Position numbers and translations under genes: made by a program. 64,000 nucleotides of DNA from NCBI RefSeq assembly GCF_000143415.4, contig NW_003314313.1:497365-561364 (forward strand), given 5' to 3'. The notes below the pieces were generated by a model. It did not search any database. It was not told where the DNA came from and worked only from the letters and a program-made list of their open reading frames with translations. This DNA is from Selaginella moellendorffii (Eukaryota > Plantae > Lycopodiophyta). Position 1 is the first letter of the stretch; every line of letters starts with the position of its first letter. Shown here one piece after another: positions 1 to 14,401 of this stretch.

Positions 1-532
1 AAGCATTAGGATGTTTCACCTTGGAAACAGCTTTGTCCACCATTTCCATCTGATTTGATCCGACAGTAAGCGTTAGCAAATATCTTGGCTTGAAGGGAAG
101 ATCCTGGTAAGAACAAAAACAAAGTCTAGAATTGTGATCAACAATCGAGCAGAAAACTACTCACCTCCTCTGGATTCCCCCAAAGTCTACGCAAAAACAA
201 ATCAGTTTGTCCTTCTACAATCGTTGGTGGCAATGTTTCTGTCCCAGCAGCCTGCGTGAAAAACGAGAAAATATTTTTTTTGAAGAAATCTTCTACCAAA
301 GGGGGAAAGAATGTACCTTGCAGATCACAGGTTTTCTACAGTCTTCCATCATGGATCGCATCGACAAAAAGAAGCTCGACTGGAGAGAATCAATCCCGAT
401 GTAGCTAAAGGCAATGAGAAAGCAATGCGCTACCTCTGAGAAAGTAATGCCGATAAAAATCCCCAGCATCATCGCAAAGAGGGTGGAAAAAAGCGCCTTG
501 AAGTGCTCGCTGCGACATAGTCGGCGGATCAT
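1..532 (-). CDS. DUF707-family protein, 5' exons (gene runs off the left edge)
   Basis: Manually spliced minus-strand exons give an N-terminal TM segment (MIRRLCRS...MMLGIFIGITFSE), then GTETLPPTIVEGQTDLFLRRLWGNPEE and DLPFKPRYLLTLTVGSNQMEMVDKAVSK. These match the DUF707 LPPGIV..SDxxLRRLWGxP..D..KPKYLxTxTVG signature. GT-AG introns. Confidence 0.8.
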
Positions 533-702
533 TGCCGCGAGCTGCGAGAGATCCCCTCCAGTGTCCACTCACAGGCGAGGGCGGCCAGAACAGACGAAAG
601 GAAATATTTTCATTTTCCCCAAGAACCCTAAATACCAAATCCTTCTTTTTGCCCTTTTTAGGGCTCGGATTTTAGGGTTCTTGCGCGGAGAGAGCGAGGG
701 AC

Positions 703-1890
703 ATGGGGCACGATGCGCCATATCTCACGCCCAAGGCAATCGCCAAGCGCCTCAAAGCCAAGGGCTTAGGCAAGCAGTGGCTCTACTGCCAGATGTGCCG
801 CAAGCAATGCCGCGACCAGAATGGATTCAAGTGCCACTGCGAGAGCGAGGGTCACATCCGCAACATGGAGCTCTTCGCGGAGAAGGGCGACCAGCTGATC
901 GAGGAGTACTCGCAGAGGTTTGAGGACAAATTCATGGAGTACATGCGGCGCTGCTACCGATCGACGAGTGTGCCGCCGAATGTGGTGTACAACCAGATCA
1001 CGCGGGAGAGGAATCACGTCCGGATGAACGGCACAAGGTGGGCTACTCTCTCGGAATTCGTAGAGCATCTAGGCCAGACTGGGAAATGCAAGCTCGAGGA
1101 GACCGAGAAGGGTCTCCACTTGCGATTTCTCGAGGATCCGGATCATCCAGAGACGCAGTTCAAGGAGGGTCTCAAGAGGAAAAGAGCTAGCGGCGAGGCT
1201 GCGGATATCGAGCGGCACGAGAGGGAGATTCAGCTGCAAAGGGAGCGTTGCCTGATGGAAGTGGGAGCCAAAGGGGAGAAAAAGGAGAACTCCCAAGGCT
1301 TGGAAGACGAGGAAGACGAAGAGAAGCAAGACAGTGTCGAGCAAGAAAAAGATGGAAAAGATGGTGGCGAGGAAGAGAAAGCAGGTCCGACTGGTGATGT
1401 GAAGGTGGCGTTTAGTTTCTCCAAGAAGAAAAGCAGCAATCTTCCACCGCTTCCTCGGCCACCAGCGGCAGCGACTTTTGGAGGATCGATTGGCTCGTCC
1501 TCGTCGCAAAAAGCTCCTCCGTTTTGCTGGCTGAGCGAGGGATTGGTGGTCAAGGTGATGGCCAAGAAGCTCAAGAGCGGAGCGTACTACAAGAAGAAAG
1601 GGGTTGTGAAGAGCGTGGCGAGTGAGAAGGTTACCGGTGAGATTGAGATGCTTGAGGGTCATGGCGAGGTGATCAGGGTGCATCAGTCGGAGCTGGAGAC
1701 TGTGATCCCACAGATTGGTCGCAGCGTGAGAGTGGTGAATGGATTGCACGCTGGCTGCGATGCCAAGCTCGTGTCTTGTGAGGAGGACAAGTTCTCGGTC
1801 ACGGTGGAGATTAGCAATGGACCTCACCGAGGTAGCATTGTTGGTGGTCTTCCCTATGAAGACGTGTGCAAATTATCTTCTCCTAGTTAA
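703..1890 (+). CDS. KIN17: KIN17 DNA/RNA-binding protein (C2H2 zinc finger, winged helix, KOW repeats), intronless
   Basis: 395-aa ORF with [71 protein letters not shown] and YEDVCKL. Confidence 0.95.
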   Translation: MGHDAPYLTPKAIAKRLKAKGLGKQWLYCQMCRKQCRDQNGFKCHCESEGHIRNMELFAEKGDQLIEEYSQRFEDKFMEYMRRCYRSTSVPPNVVYNQITRERNHVRMNGTRWATLSEFVEHLGQTGKCKLEETEKGLHLRFLEDPDHPETQFKEGLKRKRASGEAADIERHEREIQLQRERCLMEVGAKGEKKENSQGLEDEEDEEKQDSVEQEKDGKDGGEEEKAGPTGDVKVAFSFSKKKSSNLPPLPRPPAAATFGGSIGSSSSQKAPPFCWLSEGLVVKVMAKKLKSGAYYKKKGVVKSVASEKVTGEIEMLEGHGEVIRVHQSELETVIPQIGRSVRVVNGLHAGCDAKLVSCEEDKFSVTVEISNGPHRGSIVGGLPYEDVCKLSSPS

Positions 1891-1949
1891 TTTAATCGTT
1901 CATTCAATTTATCTAGGTTTTGGTTTTTAAAGGTACACCAAATAAGAAT

Positions 1950-2773
<824 letters not shown>

Positions 2774-2964
2774 CACACATAGAGAAACACACACTACACA
2801 CACATAATTCTTTTAATTTTGGTGTATCTTGATTACACTTAATTTTTCATTTTGTGTGTGAATGTTTTGAATATCGGTTTTAAGGGTGTTTTAATGCAAG
2901 AAAGTGTAACTGTGTCTGATCAATATCATCTTATTATATATAATAAATATATATTATAATTAGC

Positions 2965-4640
2965 AAAAGTGAATTACTCCACAACAGAAAAAGGAGTATT
3001 TAACAACAATTTAAGGTTTCAAAAAGCTTCATGCATATTTACATGGTTCTTAAATATTGTTAAAAGGTGATTATGTTGCAGTTACTTCATTATTAAAGTA
3101 GGAAAATTTTGTTAATTATACTGGTCAGTGGGCTTTAAAGTTTCATATTGCCTAAAGAGTTTTATGGCTAATGTTAATGCCCTTTTTTGAGCTCCTATTC
3201 CTTCTTTACTCTCTTTTCATGTTTTTTTATAAACTTGTTATTCTAGTATTTATTAATTTTTTGGATAAGTATTTTATGCCGTCGGCGGTTGCTATACCTG
3301 ATATTTAGTGTCCACAAGGTGCAAAGCAAAATTTACCTTCTCTTGATAAGATTTGTAAAGCTAAAAAAATTGAGTCATAAATTTGAAGGTTTTGCGATGG
3401 GTTTGAGAATTTTATATCACTTGTTGATGATTTGCTACTTCGACATTTATATTCTCAATATTGTCTTAAAGACGGTCTTTTTTATTTTGTAGGAATAGAT
3501 CTTGATGATCATTTACAACTGGTGATGCTTTTGATCTTTATTCTATGCTTTCTCTATACCTACCATGATTCTTCTATTCTAGATTGGTATATAGGATATC
3601 ATCATGTGACTAATAAGTTGCACAGGTATTTTTATTAAGATGCAACGTGATGTTATTTGGTATATGCATAACTACGTTTAGTACTAAGTTCATAATATTC
3701 CCTCTCATTGATGGTTGGAGTCAATTATAATTTTTTTTCCATTTGAATTAGTGGTGTTTGATCTAATAGGGTTTTTTCCACGATTGATTGTTGGCAATGA
3801 GTATGTCATTATTACTTCTGATTACTTAACTTTCTAAATAGAAGTTATTTATCTTTTTAGTGTGTTAGCGATTACTGTTAAGTACTTCCTTCTCAATCAA
3901 GTGGTGTTCCAACATTCTTATCTAAAAGGAATTCTCTCAAATAATGGTCTTTCTTTTATGGTTGAGGCATTTCACTATTTATTATCCGTCGACAAATGGT
4001 TTGGTAGAATGGCTCATTCGGAACTTCAAAAGGATAATTGCAAATTATTTGAATTTTCAACATTCAGATTAGGATGGTTATTTACCGTCTCTTTGATATA
4101 CATATGTTATAAAGGTGTAAATTTCTATTGGTGCTTCAGCAAATAAACTCCTATATAATTATGATTTGATATTGCTAATAGAGTTACCTTTGTGATTGCC
4201 ATGAGTTGCCAATACTACGTCTTGGGATTAGTATTTGATAAGCATTCTTTCATTTGTCCAAACAGAGTTTGTTAAACACTTGGGCTGCATATAAGTGGGA
4301 CAACAATGGTGTTATAACTCCCATCATTATCCACTTGTGGGGTACATAATGGATGATTTGGTGTTAGTCTATCCTCCTATCTTATAATATGTGGTTTGTC
4401 CAAGGAGCTCCTTGCTCAATAGAAGGGACTATATTGGGTAATGTGGCAAATTGGACCATAAATTTATGAGGCTCAAGATGATGTTCAATAAGCTGATCCT
4501 CCAGAAATTGAGCATATGCAATAGTTAAAACACTTTGTATAAAGGGATAAAAAAACAACTAATACTACCTATAGATCCATTGATGCCTCCTCCTGATATT
4601 CCTCTAGATCCTCTAATTGCCTTCCATTATTATTCTCCAT
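2965..4640 (+). mobile_element. Heavily decayed Ty3/gypsy RNaseH-integrase remnant (family A, copy 1)
   Basis: Fragments LKDGLFYFVGIDLDDHLQLV..YHDSS and YFLLNQVVFQHS align to the minus-strand pol at 5500-6700. Many stops; AT-enriched; no LTR seen. Confidence 0.85.
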
Positions 4641-4673
4641 AATATCTATAATTGGTAATATATTAATTAGCTG

Positions 4674-4849
4674 TGTGAGTGCTTAGAATATGGAAAGGGA
4701 ATACAGAAAATGTGCATATTAATTGGCCCAAAAACCCTAACTTATATACAGGAGTGAGTGGTCCGAATTGAAACCAATCCAACGGCTACCAAAATCCCAC
4801 TACACTAATATTAGCATATAACATCATAATTGTACACTTGGCCCTTACA
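4674..4849 (-). repeat. 3' LTR of family A copy 2
   Basis: TGTGAGTG...CCCTTACA, homologous to 17038-17213 and adjacent to the PPT. Confidence 0.92.
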
Positions 4850-4959
4850 TCATCCCCTCCTCTCGGAATAATAGAAGACCATCAGGGTTCTCTTATAGAC
4901 AGGCCAAGATCTGGAGGAATGTTAGGAGGAGGCATCGGCGGATCTGTAAGTGGTACTAA

Positions 4960-7900
4960 CTACTTCTAATCCCTTTGTATGAAGCGTTTCAACCGCTGCA
5001 TATGCACAATCTCTAGAGGATCAGCCTGTTGGACGTCATGCCGAACCTCATAAACTTGTGGTCCAACTTGCCACAACACCCGATACGGTCCTTTCTATTG
5101 TGCAAGGAGCCCCTTAGATAAACCACATACCGTAAGATGGGGAAAATGGACTAATACCAAATCATCCACTTTGTACTCCGCAGATGGACGATAATGGGAG
5201 TTGTAGCGCCATTGTTGTCCCACTTGTACACAGCCTAAGTGTTCAGTAGACTCTACTCAGACAAGTGGAAGAATGCTCATCAAATACTAATCCCACGACC
5301 TAGCATCGGCAGCTCGTGGCAATCGCAAAGGTAAACCCAGCTCCGTTGGTAATATTGGATCATGACCGTATAAGAGTTTATATGGTGAAGCACCAACAGA
5401 ACTCTGCACCTCTGTGACATATGCATACTGAAGAGACGGCAAATAACCATCCCAATCCGAATGCTGAAAGTTCATATACTTCGCAATCATCCCTTTGAAT
5501 GTTCGAACGAGCCGTTCCACCAGACCATTTGATTATGGATGATAAGCACTCGTGAAAATGTAGTGTATCCCCAACTGAGATGTTAAAACATAAAATACCT
5601 CAGTCATAAACGTGAGACCATTATCCAAAAGAATCTGCTCTGGACAAGAATGTTGGAACACCACTCGATTGAGGAGGAAGTATTCAACAGTAGTTGCAGA
5701 GGCGCTAACAAGAGCACCAACTTCCACCTAACAAGTCAAGTAGTCAAACGCAATAATAACATACTCGTTGCCAGCAGTCGATCGTGGAAAAGGTCTTATA
5801 AGATCAAACGCCACCAATTCAAATGGATGGGAAACTGCAATTGACTCTAACCGTCCTTCCGCAGCACCCTAAACCGGATAATATCACGTCGCATCTCTGG
5901 CAAATAGAAAGATCTGTGCAGCTTCTCGGTTACACGACGATGTCCCATATGCCCACATAGAACAGAAGAATCATGGTAGGCATGGAGAAACTGCAGAATA
6001 AAGACAAAAGGCACCACTAGCCGTAAATGATCATCAGGATCCGTCCCCACAAAATAAAGAAGGTCGTCTTCAAAGCGATATTGAGGATGTAAATGCCGGA
6101 AAGGCAAATCATCAGCAAGTGATGTAGAATTCTCAAACCCATCTTGAAGTCTTCGAATCCATAGCTCAATCTTTTGAGCCTCGCGAACCTCATCAAGAGA
6201 AGGTAGATTTTGCTCTACGCCTTGTGGACACTGAACCTCAAGTACAGTAACCACCAACGGCACAGAATCCTCGTCTAGAAAATCCATAGATGCTGGAATA
6301 ATAGGCTCGACAGAAATATGAGAAAAGAGTGGAGAAGGAAGAGGAGCTCAAGAAAGGGCATCCACATCAGCCATAAAAGTTTCTGGGCGGTGAATAACAT
6401 CAAAATCATATATCTGAAGCTTCAAAGCCCATCGAGTAGTATGACCAACCAAATTCTTCCGCTTCAATAATGAAGTAATAGTAGCATGGTCACTTTCAAG
6501 TAACATCCGAGAACCATGTAGATATGCATGAAGTTTCTCAAAACCCCAGACTACTGCTAAATACTCTTTCTTTGTCATGGAGTAGTTTATCTTCGCTGGT
6601 TGTAATGTACAATTTAAATATGCAATAGGATGGCACTGACCAGGCACACTCAAGCTCTCTTCCATCAACACACCTCCAAGACCAATGTCAGAAGCATCTA
6701 TGCGCAAAATAAAAGGTCGAGTGTAGTTAAGATATGCCAAAACTGGAGGAGTTGTCAATAACTCTTTGAGATCCACGAATGCCCGCTCACAATCTGGAAA
6801 CTAGATGAAAGATGATATTGATGACTTCAACAACACTCGCAACGGTGCAGTGTGATCAGAAAGATATCCATAAAACGACCAAGATACTACACCTTGCCCA
6901 AGAAGTGCTACACATCATTCACAAACTTCGGGGTAGGGAACTTTAGAACAGCCACAAGTTTGTCAGGATCAACTTGCAAATCCTCACGAGAAATACAGTA
7001 CCCAAGATAAGTTGTGTCCTTGGACCCAAACACGCACTTAAACTGCTTCAGTTTTAAATCAACATCACATAACCGATTCAACACTTTACAAACATCACAA
7101 ATATGCTTCTCCCATGTCCCCTCCGAGTGGATCAAGACATCATCAATGAAGTCAATAGTCACCTCTGGCATATCGCAAAGAACCTCATCCATCATTTGCT
7201 GGAAAGTTGTTGGAGCATTGTTCAAACCAAACGGCATCACCAAGAACTCATACAAACCAAATGGTGTACGAAAAGTAATCTTAAGAATATCTTCTTCAGC
7301 CATCGGTACTTGCCAGTACCGAGAAGCAAGATTTAACTTGGTGAACTAACAACTTCGCCCCAGATGATTTAAGAGATCAGCAATGTGAGGAAGAGGGTAT
7401 ACATCCGGGATCATCACTTCATTTAACAGACCATAGTGAATGCAGAAACAAATGCTCCCATTAGGCTTTGTCACAAGATGAAGTTCACATGCCCAAGGAC
7501 TTTGCAACTTCCGAATAACACCCTTCTCTAACATCTCCTTGACGTTTGCACATAAAATCTTGATCTCCTTGGGTGACTGACGACGAATAGGAACCTTGAT
7601 TGGACGAGCATCCCCAGTTGGAATCAGATGATGTGTGGCAATCTTGGTCCCAGATGATAGGTCAAATTCAAAGAGATCAGAATACTCCTTCATGAGCTGG
7701 TCAACCGCTGCAACACAAAGATTGTCAAAGGGATCGGAAAAGGAAAGAGTAGAACAAGATGGAAACATAGGAGGAAATAGTAATAGAAGCAAAGGTAGAA
7801 GTAGAGGGATGAAGAAGTATGGAAGTGAGAGGAATGGATAAAACATAAGGAAGTATGAGACAAGGGGGAGAAGCCTCAAAGTCACACTTGGTATGATTGC

Positions 7901-8000
7901 GCTGCAACCAATCCATACCAAGAATGAGATCAAAAGCTTGACTCGGCACCACCTGCAATGACTACAACTCAAGCTTGAGATCGCCCACATGCACAACCAG
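4960..8000 (-). pseudogene. Disrupted pol (protease, RT, RNase H, integrase) of family A copy 2
   Basis: DLILGMDWL (protease end); ITFRTPFGLYEFLVMPFGLNNAP and FIDDVLI (RT); DASDIGLGGVL and NYSMTKKEYLAVVW (RNase H); GHMG, SAYHP and ERLVRT (integrase). Stops and frameshifts. Confidence 0.9.
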
Positions 8001-8530
8001 GTCTACCTAATCCCGTGCACATGCATGTGTACAGCCGTTGCCATAAAGAATGAAAACTGGTTCCACTGCACGACGCAAGTGTAGACAACAACGTGTGGTA
8101 ATAGGTCGAGCAATAGAAGATAAACTCAAACCTGTATCGACCAACACGGAGAGAATAATAGAAGACCTTTTTGTTATAAAAACGAATTTGGAAAGTAAAC
8201 ACTGGATGAACCGGTGCCGGGTGAACCCCTTGATAATACTCTCGAAAGAAAGATGGAGGGATCACTGACTTATTCAGGCAAGGTCCCTCCGTTACTCGCG
8301 TGACTCCTCGTTTCCCAGATGCATCTCAGTGTCCAAACCTTCCACTACAGCAGCACCAACGGGACATTGCTAACGCCAAGGTCTCCATCCAAGAAATGGA
8401 GATCACCAATCCGGAAAATGCCGACAACGACCAACTTCGTCACACACCCAGCAGTGAATATCACGGCCACGACCACGTCCTCACCCTTGTCTTTGGACTT
8501 CAGTAGCAGTAGCAGCATCAACCTCTATTG

Positions 8531-10299
8531 TGTAAGCGACTAATTTTTCCATTTTACTTTAGTCACTTAACCACACCTCCGACCACTTGGAGGAGTCTCA
8601 TTCACAACCTCCATCAGTCCAATTCAGGACTTGGGGCTTGCTAGCCCCAAGAATGGCATCCATGCCACTCAACACTTGCACCTGGTCCAAGTGTTCCACG
8701 TGTCCGGTCCCATGACTGACACCCAAAGGTACCACTGACATCTCGGCCCGTTACGCTAAGGCCATGCCCATTCACCTTTGCTGCGCAAATGGTCCGATAC
8801 CACTTGCATCACCATCCCGTCTCTCCAAGACTGGTCCATCTATCTACGAGGGGTCATCCTAGATCCACTCCTTAGCATCCTTAGGATGCCCACAGACCTG
8901 GGGAATCGCCTTCCCCAAAGTCCCTTTGTCAGTTCCTACCAAGTCCCTTTCTGCCCCTGGCCGTGTTTGCCAACACTGCCACTGGATCGAGGCCCACAGG
9001 CCCGACCACTAAGTCCCACGGTCCTCTGGGACTTCCTCACCACACGACTGTGTCCTTGGTCACTACCCCAGAGGACTGCTCCTCTTCCTTTCCACAGTTT
9101 GGGCCTTTGGGACGACATTTCGGAACACCGTGGCCTTACGCGAGCCACCTGGGTACTCTCCCCACCTATCGCCTTTAGGTGCTCTAGCCATGGGCTTAGA
9201 GCGAGGTTCCGTTGAGCCACGCCTGGTATCCAAGTAGGTAGTGCCACCCACACTTGGACTGGGAGCATCGGCCAGTCGATCTCCCGGGGGAACTAGAGCC
9301 GGCTCTTGAACACTTCACCAAGCTACCCCGCTTGTCGGTCCGTATTCACTCTAGTCTTGGACTTCCCAGTGGTTAGTTCATCACCCAACACTGGGTCTGG
9401 CCTTCCTGGGCCAAACTGGCCTTTCCTGGCCAAACTGGCTCCACTGCAGTCCTCCCCCTACTATACTTTTGGAGCTCACCAAACCCCCCAGGGTCTGGGA
9501 GACGAACGCTTTGGGCTTTCACCCTCTTAGGCTCCGGACTTGAACTCGGACTCGGACTCGGACTCGGATTCGGATTCGGACTCGGACTCGGGCTCGGGCT
9601 CGGTCTCGGCCTCGGCCTCGGTCTCGGTCTCGGTCCCGATCTCGGTCTCGGTCTCGGTCTTGGTCTCGGTCCCGGTCTCGGTCTCGACTTCAGACTCCAT
9701 CTCGGACTCCATCTCGGACTCCATCTCGGGTCCATCTCGGGTCCATCTCAGACTCCATCTCGGACTCCATCTCGGGTCCATCTCGGACTCCATCTCGGAC
9801 TCCATCTCGGACTCCATTTCGGGTCCATCTCGGACTCCATCTCGGACTCCATTTCGGGTCCATCTCGGGTCCATCTCGGACTCCATCTCGGACTCCATTT
9901 CGGGTCCATCTCGGACTCCATCTCGGACTCTATTTCGGGTCCATCTCGGACTCCATCTCAGACTCCATTTCGGGTCCATCTCGGGTCCATCTCGAACTCC
10001 ATCTCGGACTCCATCTCGGACTCCAACTCGGGTCCACCTTGGACTCCACTTCAGACTCCATCTCGGACACTCCCACGTGTCATGTGTTGGTCCTTTTGGG
10101 TCCCTTTTTGGAGCCTCGCCTTTTGCTCGCTTCGTGCTCGTTCCTCGAGCACTTCGTTGGGAGTTCCACTCCCGCTCTTGACTTTTCAAGTCGGAGCTTT
10201 TGGTCCAAACGTGTTACGCTCGTTTGGCTCTTGCTTTGGCCACTACCATGTGGCGCCCTTTCGGCTCCACTTTGGGGCCTAGGGATTTTGTGTCTCACA
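8531..10299 (-). repeat. 3' LTR of element B
   Basis: Near-identical to 14402-16124 apart from the internal minisatellite. Confidence 0.95.
9530..10065. repeat. Minisatellite inside LTR: (TCGGAC/TCGGTC)n followed by 11-12-bp GGACTCCATCTC/GGGTCCATCTC units
   Basis: Directly visible; source of the spurious SD/RP-repeat ORFs. Confidence 0.95.
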
Positions 10300-13200
10300 A
10301 CTCCACCACCCATAGACGAAGTTCGATGTCCTCATCGAACGGTGAACCATTTTATAAAGTAACACCCGCATGTGTTACCATTTCCATCCTTGGCGCGTAG
10401 CCAATATTTGTCAATGGTGTGACATTGAAGGCTCACCATGCCTTCTCCATATTCGTCAATGGTTGGACATTGAAGGCTCACCATGCGTTTTGCATATCCT
10501 CTAAGGAGGGTAGTCTCTCCAACTTAGAGACTGATTGGACCACATATAGTGGTTCTCTCCTTTTATTGGTTTAGTTCTCGCTAAACCTCTTAGAGACCCT
10601 TCTCTAAGTCAATCCCACTACTCCTTCTCGAGTAGTCTCAATTTCCATCGATATAACCTTTACACTTTGGAACTTTGAATTTTGACTTCTTGGAGTCAAT
10701 TTCCTAGGTGTCTCCGACACCTTGCCTTGCACCTTTTGTGCAACTCCACTTCCCATCCTAGGAAGTTCTTTACTCGAGGGCACCATCATCCTCTCTTCTA
10801 TTTCGTGCCAAAGTTCCAGTTATCATACTTTGTGTTAGGGCTGTTCATGGCCTTATCATTTGGCTACCTTACCGCTCCCTCCCTTGGAGCTTCCACTTTC
10901 GCCAAACCAGAGCATTTCGGAATCCCTCCTTGGAAACACACTTCCTTTCCCGCAACTTGTTAGCGTCCAACACATTAGTGTTCCTCGCCTAACTTTGTCA
11001 CTTGGATTCCCCCCAAGGGATTCCACGGCCCTATCTTGGCCACTCATCTTTTGCTCCTATCCGTTGATTGTTGCACCAAGCAACATCGAATCTCTACCTC
11101 CCTCCTTGAGGTATTGTTTCGGTTCCATAACAAAGACTCTTCTTTGCCAAGTCCGGAAGATGTTCACCCCTAGTACGTCTCTTTAGCATCTTCTGCTATG
11201 GGCTCTATCCACGGCCCAACTTCGTGACCCTCCCATGGGTCTTTTATAGAGACTACTTTCCTCGGACTCACTATGCCATCTCACGGACATAGTTTATTTC
11301 CCTTAGGTGCTCTTCCCACTTGGTCATCACAACCAAGCCACACCACCTTAAACAGTTCAATTTCGACATTTTGAACCAGAAATTTCATTCCTTAGCCAAC
11401 TAAGGACCTTGTCCTTATCTAGCCATAAGATCACCTAGTGATCTCACCTTGGCACCTTAACAGAGTTGCCAAGAGGTACTTGGTCTTCTAGACCTCCAAG
11501 TTGTTGACTATAACCCCGGGGGCATCCTCCACACTTGGCGGTGCACCCAAGCCAACCCTTACGGCCAAGGGTTCATAGCAACTGAGATTAGGTGTCCCCA
11601 TCTCACTCACCACAACCTTGGTGCCACTTGCACCAAAGCGTTCAAGTTAGATATGCTGAGCTTTCACACTAAGCAATCTAACCGTGCATCATGACTCCGA
11701 GGCATCCCTCGCTTGGCGGTGTGCCCAAACCAGTCTCCCCACTGAGAGTCCATGACCACCGAAATATGAGTGTCCTCATATTCCAAACCATCACCACGCC
11801 CTAGTGATTTGGGACTCGAACCCAAGCACTAGAGGGTCGGGACTCGAACCCAACCTCCGTATATGCATCTACGAACGGCATCACACAAGATGCCTGGCGT
11901 GACTCCCCACGCCGGTGCACCAACTTATTTTTAAAGCGCGCTACAGATCACAACTTAGGAACCTAGTTCCTCCACACTGCCAAGTCCTCTCACTTGACAT
12001 GTCTGTGATCATGCATGGACTCCTCCATGCTCGGCCCCATGGCCCACCCTTTTTGAAGTTATCACCTTCAACTAGGGTATTTGTTCCCCCGACGTGCCAA
12101 TCTCGCTTGGCAAGTCCTCCGACCACTGTAACATGGTTCCTGCATAAGCGTGAAAGTCCTTGACCATCGACTTTCGTTCAAAGCCCTCTCTTTGAACACT
12201 CGGGAACTACTTCCCTAACCTTTATAGCCTTGCCTCATGGCAAGCTTCAAGACCACGCTTCTGCTGCGCCACTCTAATTTCGCACGTTCCATGAACCATT
12301 TACACTTGGCCTTTCTAGGTACTAAGCTACCTAGAATCGTCTTTGGGAACCTTGAAGGAACTCTGTCCCTCAGCTTGCTAAGGCCTCCCTTTTTGCAAGC
12401 CTTCCAAATGCCACATAGTCTAACATGGACAATTCCATATTTTAGACTCTCCATGGCATCACGGTTGCTAGCGGCAACACCCTTGAGCCCCCACTTGATT
12501 CTCCACTCCCAGCTGGCATAACCAACCTTGGTTATGCCCTTTGATTCCTATGGTTCGGTTCTATCCCCTTACTTCTTGCTTTTTGGCTTCACACCTTTCC
12601 TTTGGTCATTCTCCTCCAGACCAGGAGGATAGCTTTGCACTTTCTATCTTGCTTTAGCAAGTATTCTTAGGGATGAACCTACCCAATAGCCTAGGGAGTG
12701 GTTCCTCAATCCGGGTATGCTCACCTTATAATCCCACACACTGGGATTACATTGTTGCTTATGGGCCTTTACATGCCCATCACTAGCCTTGCCAAAATTC
12801 CATTTTTGGCTTTGTCCAACTCGGGTAGACAGTCCTCTCCTGTCTCCGCAACCTTGGACATTTGGATAGCACCTTCTATCCATCATTTGCTAGGGACTTA
12901 GTCCCTTGGGCTTTATCCATTGCCCTCGCGACATCAAACACCACCTTCTGGTGTTCTAGAGTGTTCGAGTGTCCCAATGATGGCTTTCTTGACAATGAGT
13001 ATTTCCTTTTATGACATTGACTTACTATATCGCAACACAAGCAACTTATCCCCCGTAAGGGTATATCCAACTTCCCTATGCTATTAAGAAGTCTTGGGTA
13101 GCTACCTTCTACCTGTTTAACCAGTTATTTTGCACCTCTTGCTTAGTTGCCTCATAGTTGTCAAGTCCTACAACTCATTGCTTGGTGCTTTCACACCTCC

Positions 13201-14401
13201 ATCATTATCTGGGTCACCACACTCCAACTGCATGCTTTGCAACTTAGGCTATGCTATTCCCATTTCCATTGGGATTCCTTTGGCAAGGGGTTCTCATGAA
13301 CCCACCAACATAGCCTCAAGGTATCACACCTTGGCACATTTGGTGTCTCCACACCATCGGCTCCACGAGCCTACCTCTATGATATTTCCCCTTCGTGTCT
13401 AAGTCTTTGCCAAGACCAACACCGCTCTTTCTCATGCCAAACATCCGTTAGCACTGCACCATAGAGGTCACACACAACTTTATGTCAAAGTTGTTTTCTT
13501 CTGGGAACACCTTTCCCATAACTTTAGCATGGCATATTTTGCCATCAATGAGATACTCTCTGTTCTCATCCTTGGATCCTATGATCCCCCCCCCATCCTT
13601 TGTGGGGTACAACACACCTCAGTCCAAATACTTCCATCAGTCCTTTTAGGACCATCCCTTGACTCTACTTGAGTCGTCTAGCAGTTTTGGACTTGGTTAA
13701 TCCACCGACCCGTAAGGTCCTACTTGTGAGGCACTAGCTCACTGGAATACACTTCTTGCATTCCTGTCCTACTCAAAAGGACTATTTTCACAAGTGTTAC
13801 TCCGACACTTGATTTTGTTCTCTAGGGGCAACCTTTGCCCCTTAGGACTTCTTGTCCATGTGATGAGAATACCAACTCATCCACTTAATACACCCCCAAC
13901 TCCTTGGGTTGTTCCAGCATTTATTAGAGGTAGCCCCGGCTACCATTTCAAGGACTTGAGTCCTCTTCCGTATTTGACCTTCCATGGTCATTACCTTTGG
14001 TCTCACATTCATGAGCACCAACCTCAACTATATGAGGATAATCTTGTGACTCCTTTATTGTTTTGGAGTCTCTATCTTTCCCGTGATCCCAACTTTAGTT
14101 GTTTACCACAACAACCTTAGCCAATTTGCTGAGACAAATGCTCATCCGGATCACATCCTCAACTCAATGAGGAAAACCTTGCACTATTCCCAAGATCCCA
14201 AAGTCGTTCCATTATTGGCCCCTTTTCTATCCACCACCTTGTCTACAAGTTCACACATGAACTGTAATGGAGAGCTATGTCTTCCCGACCTGCTACTCCT
14301 CAAGGATAGGCCCACTTCTCGGACCTTCCGTTGCCAACACTAGTGGTGATATACTTAAGCACCAATAAAAGTCGGACTAAGGAACAGCTCCGATACCAAA
14401 T

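Noticed and set aside
1069-1827. Antisense ORFs over KIN17 (likewise over the PPR, glycine-rich, transposase and cargo genes)
   Set aside because: Shadow frames of real coding sequence.
8778-9215. 145-aa ORF conserved at 14649-15086
   Set aside because: Conservation simply reflects LTR identity; non-ATG start; not preserved in the diverged third copy.
9373-10189. SD/RP/MESE-repeat ORFs (also at 15125-16163); superficial CRISPR-like periodicity
   Set aside because: Produced by the LTR minisatellite; units abut with no unique spacers; frames differ between the two LTRs.
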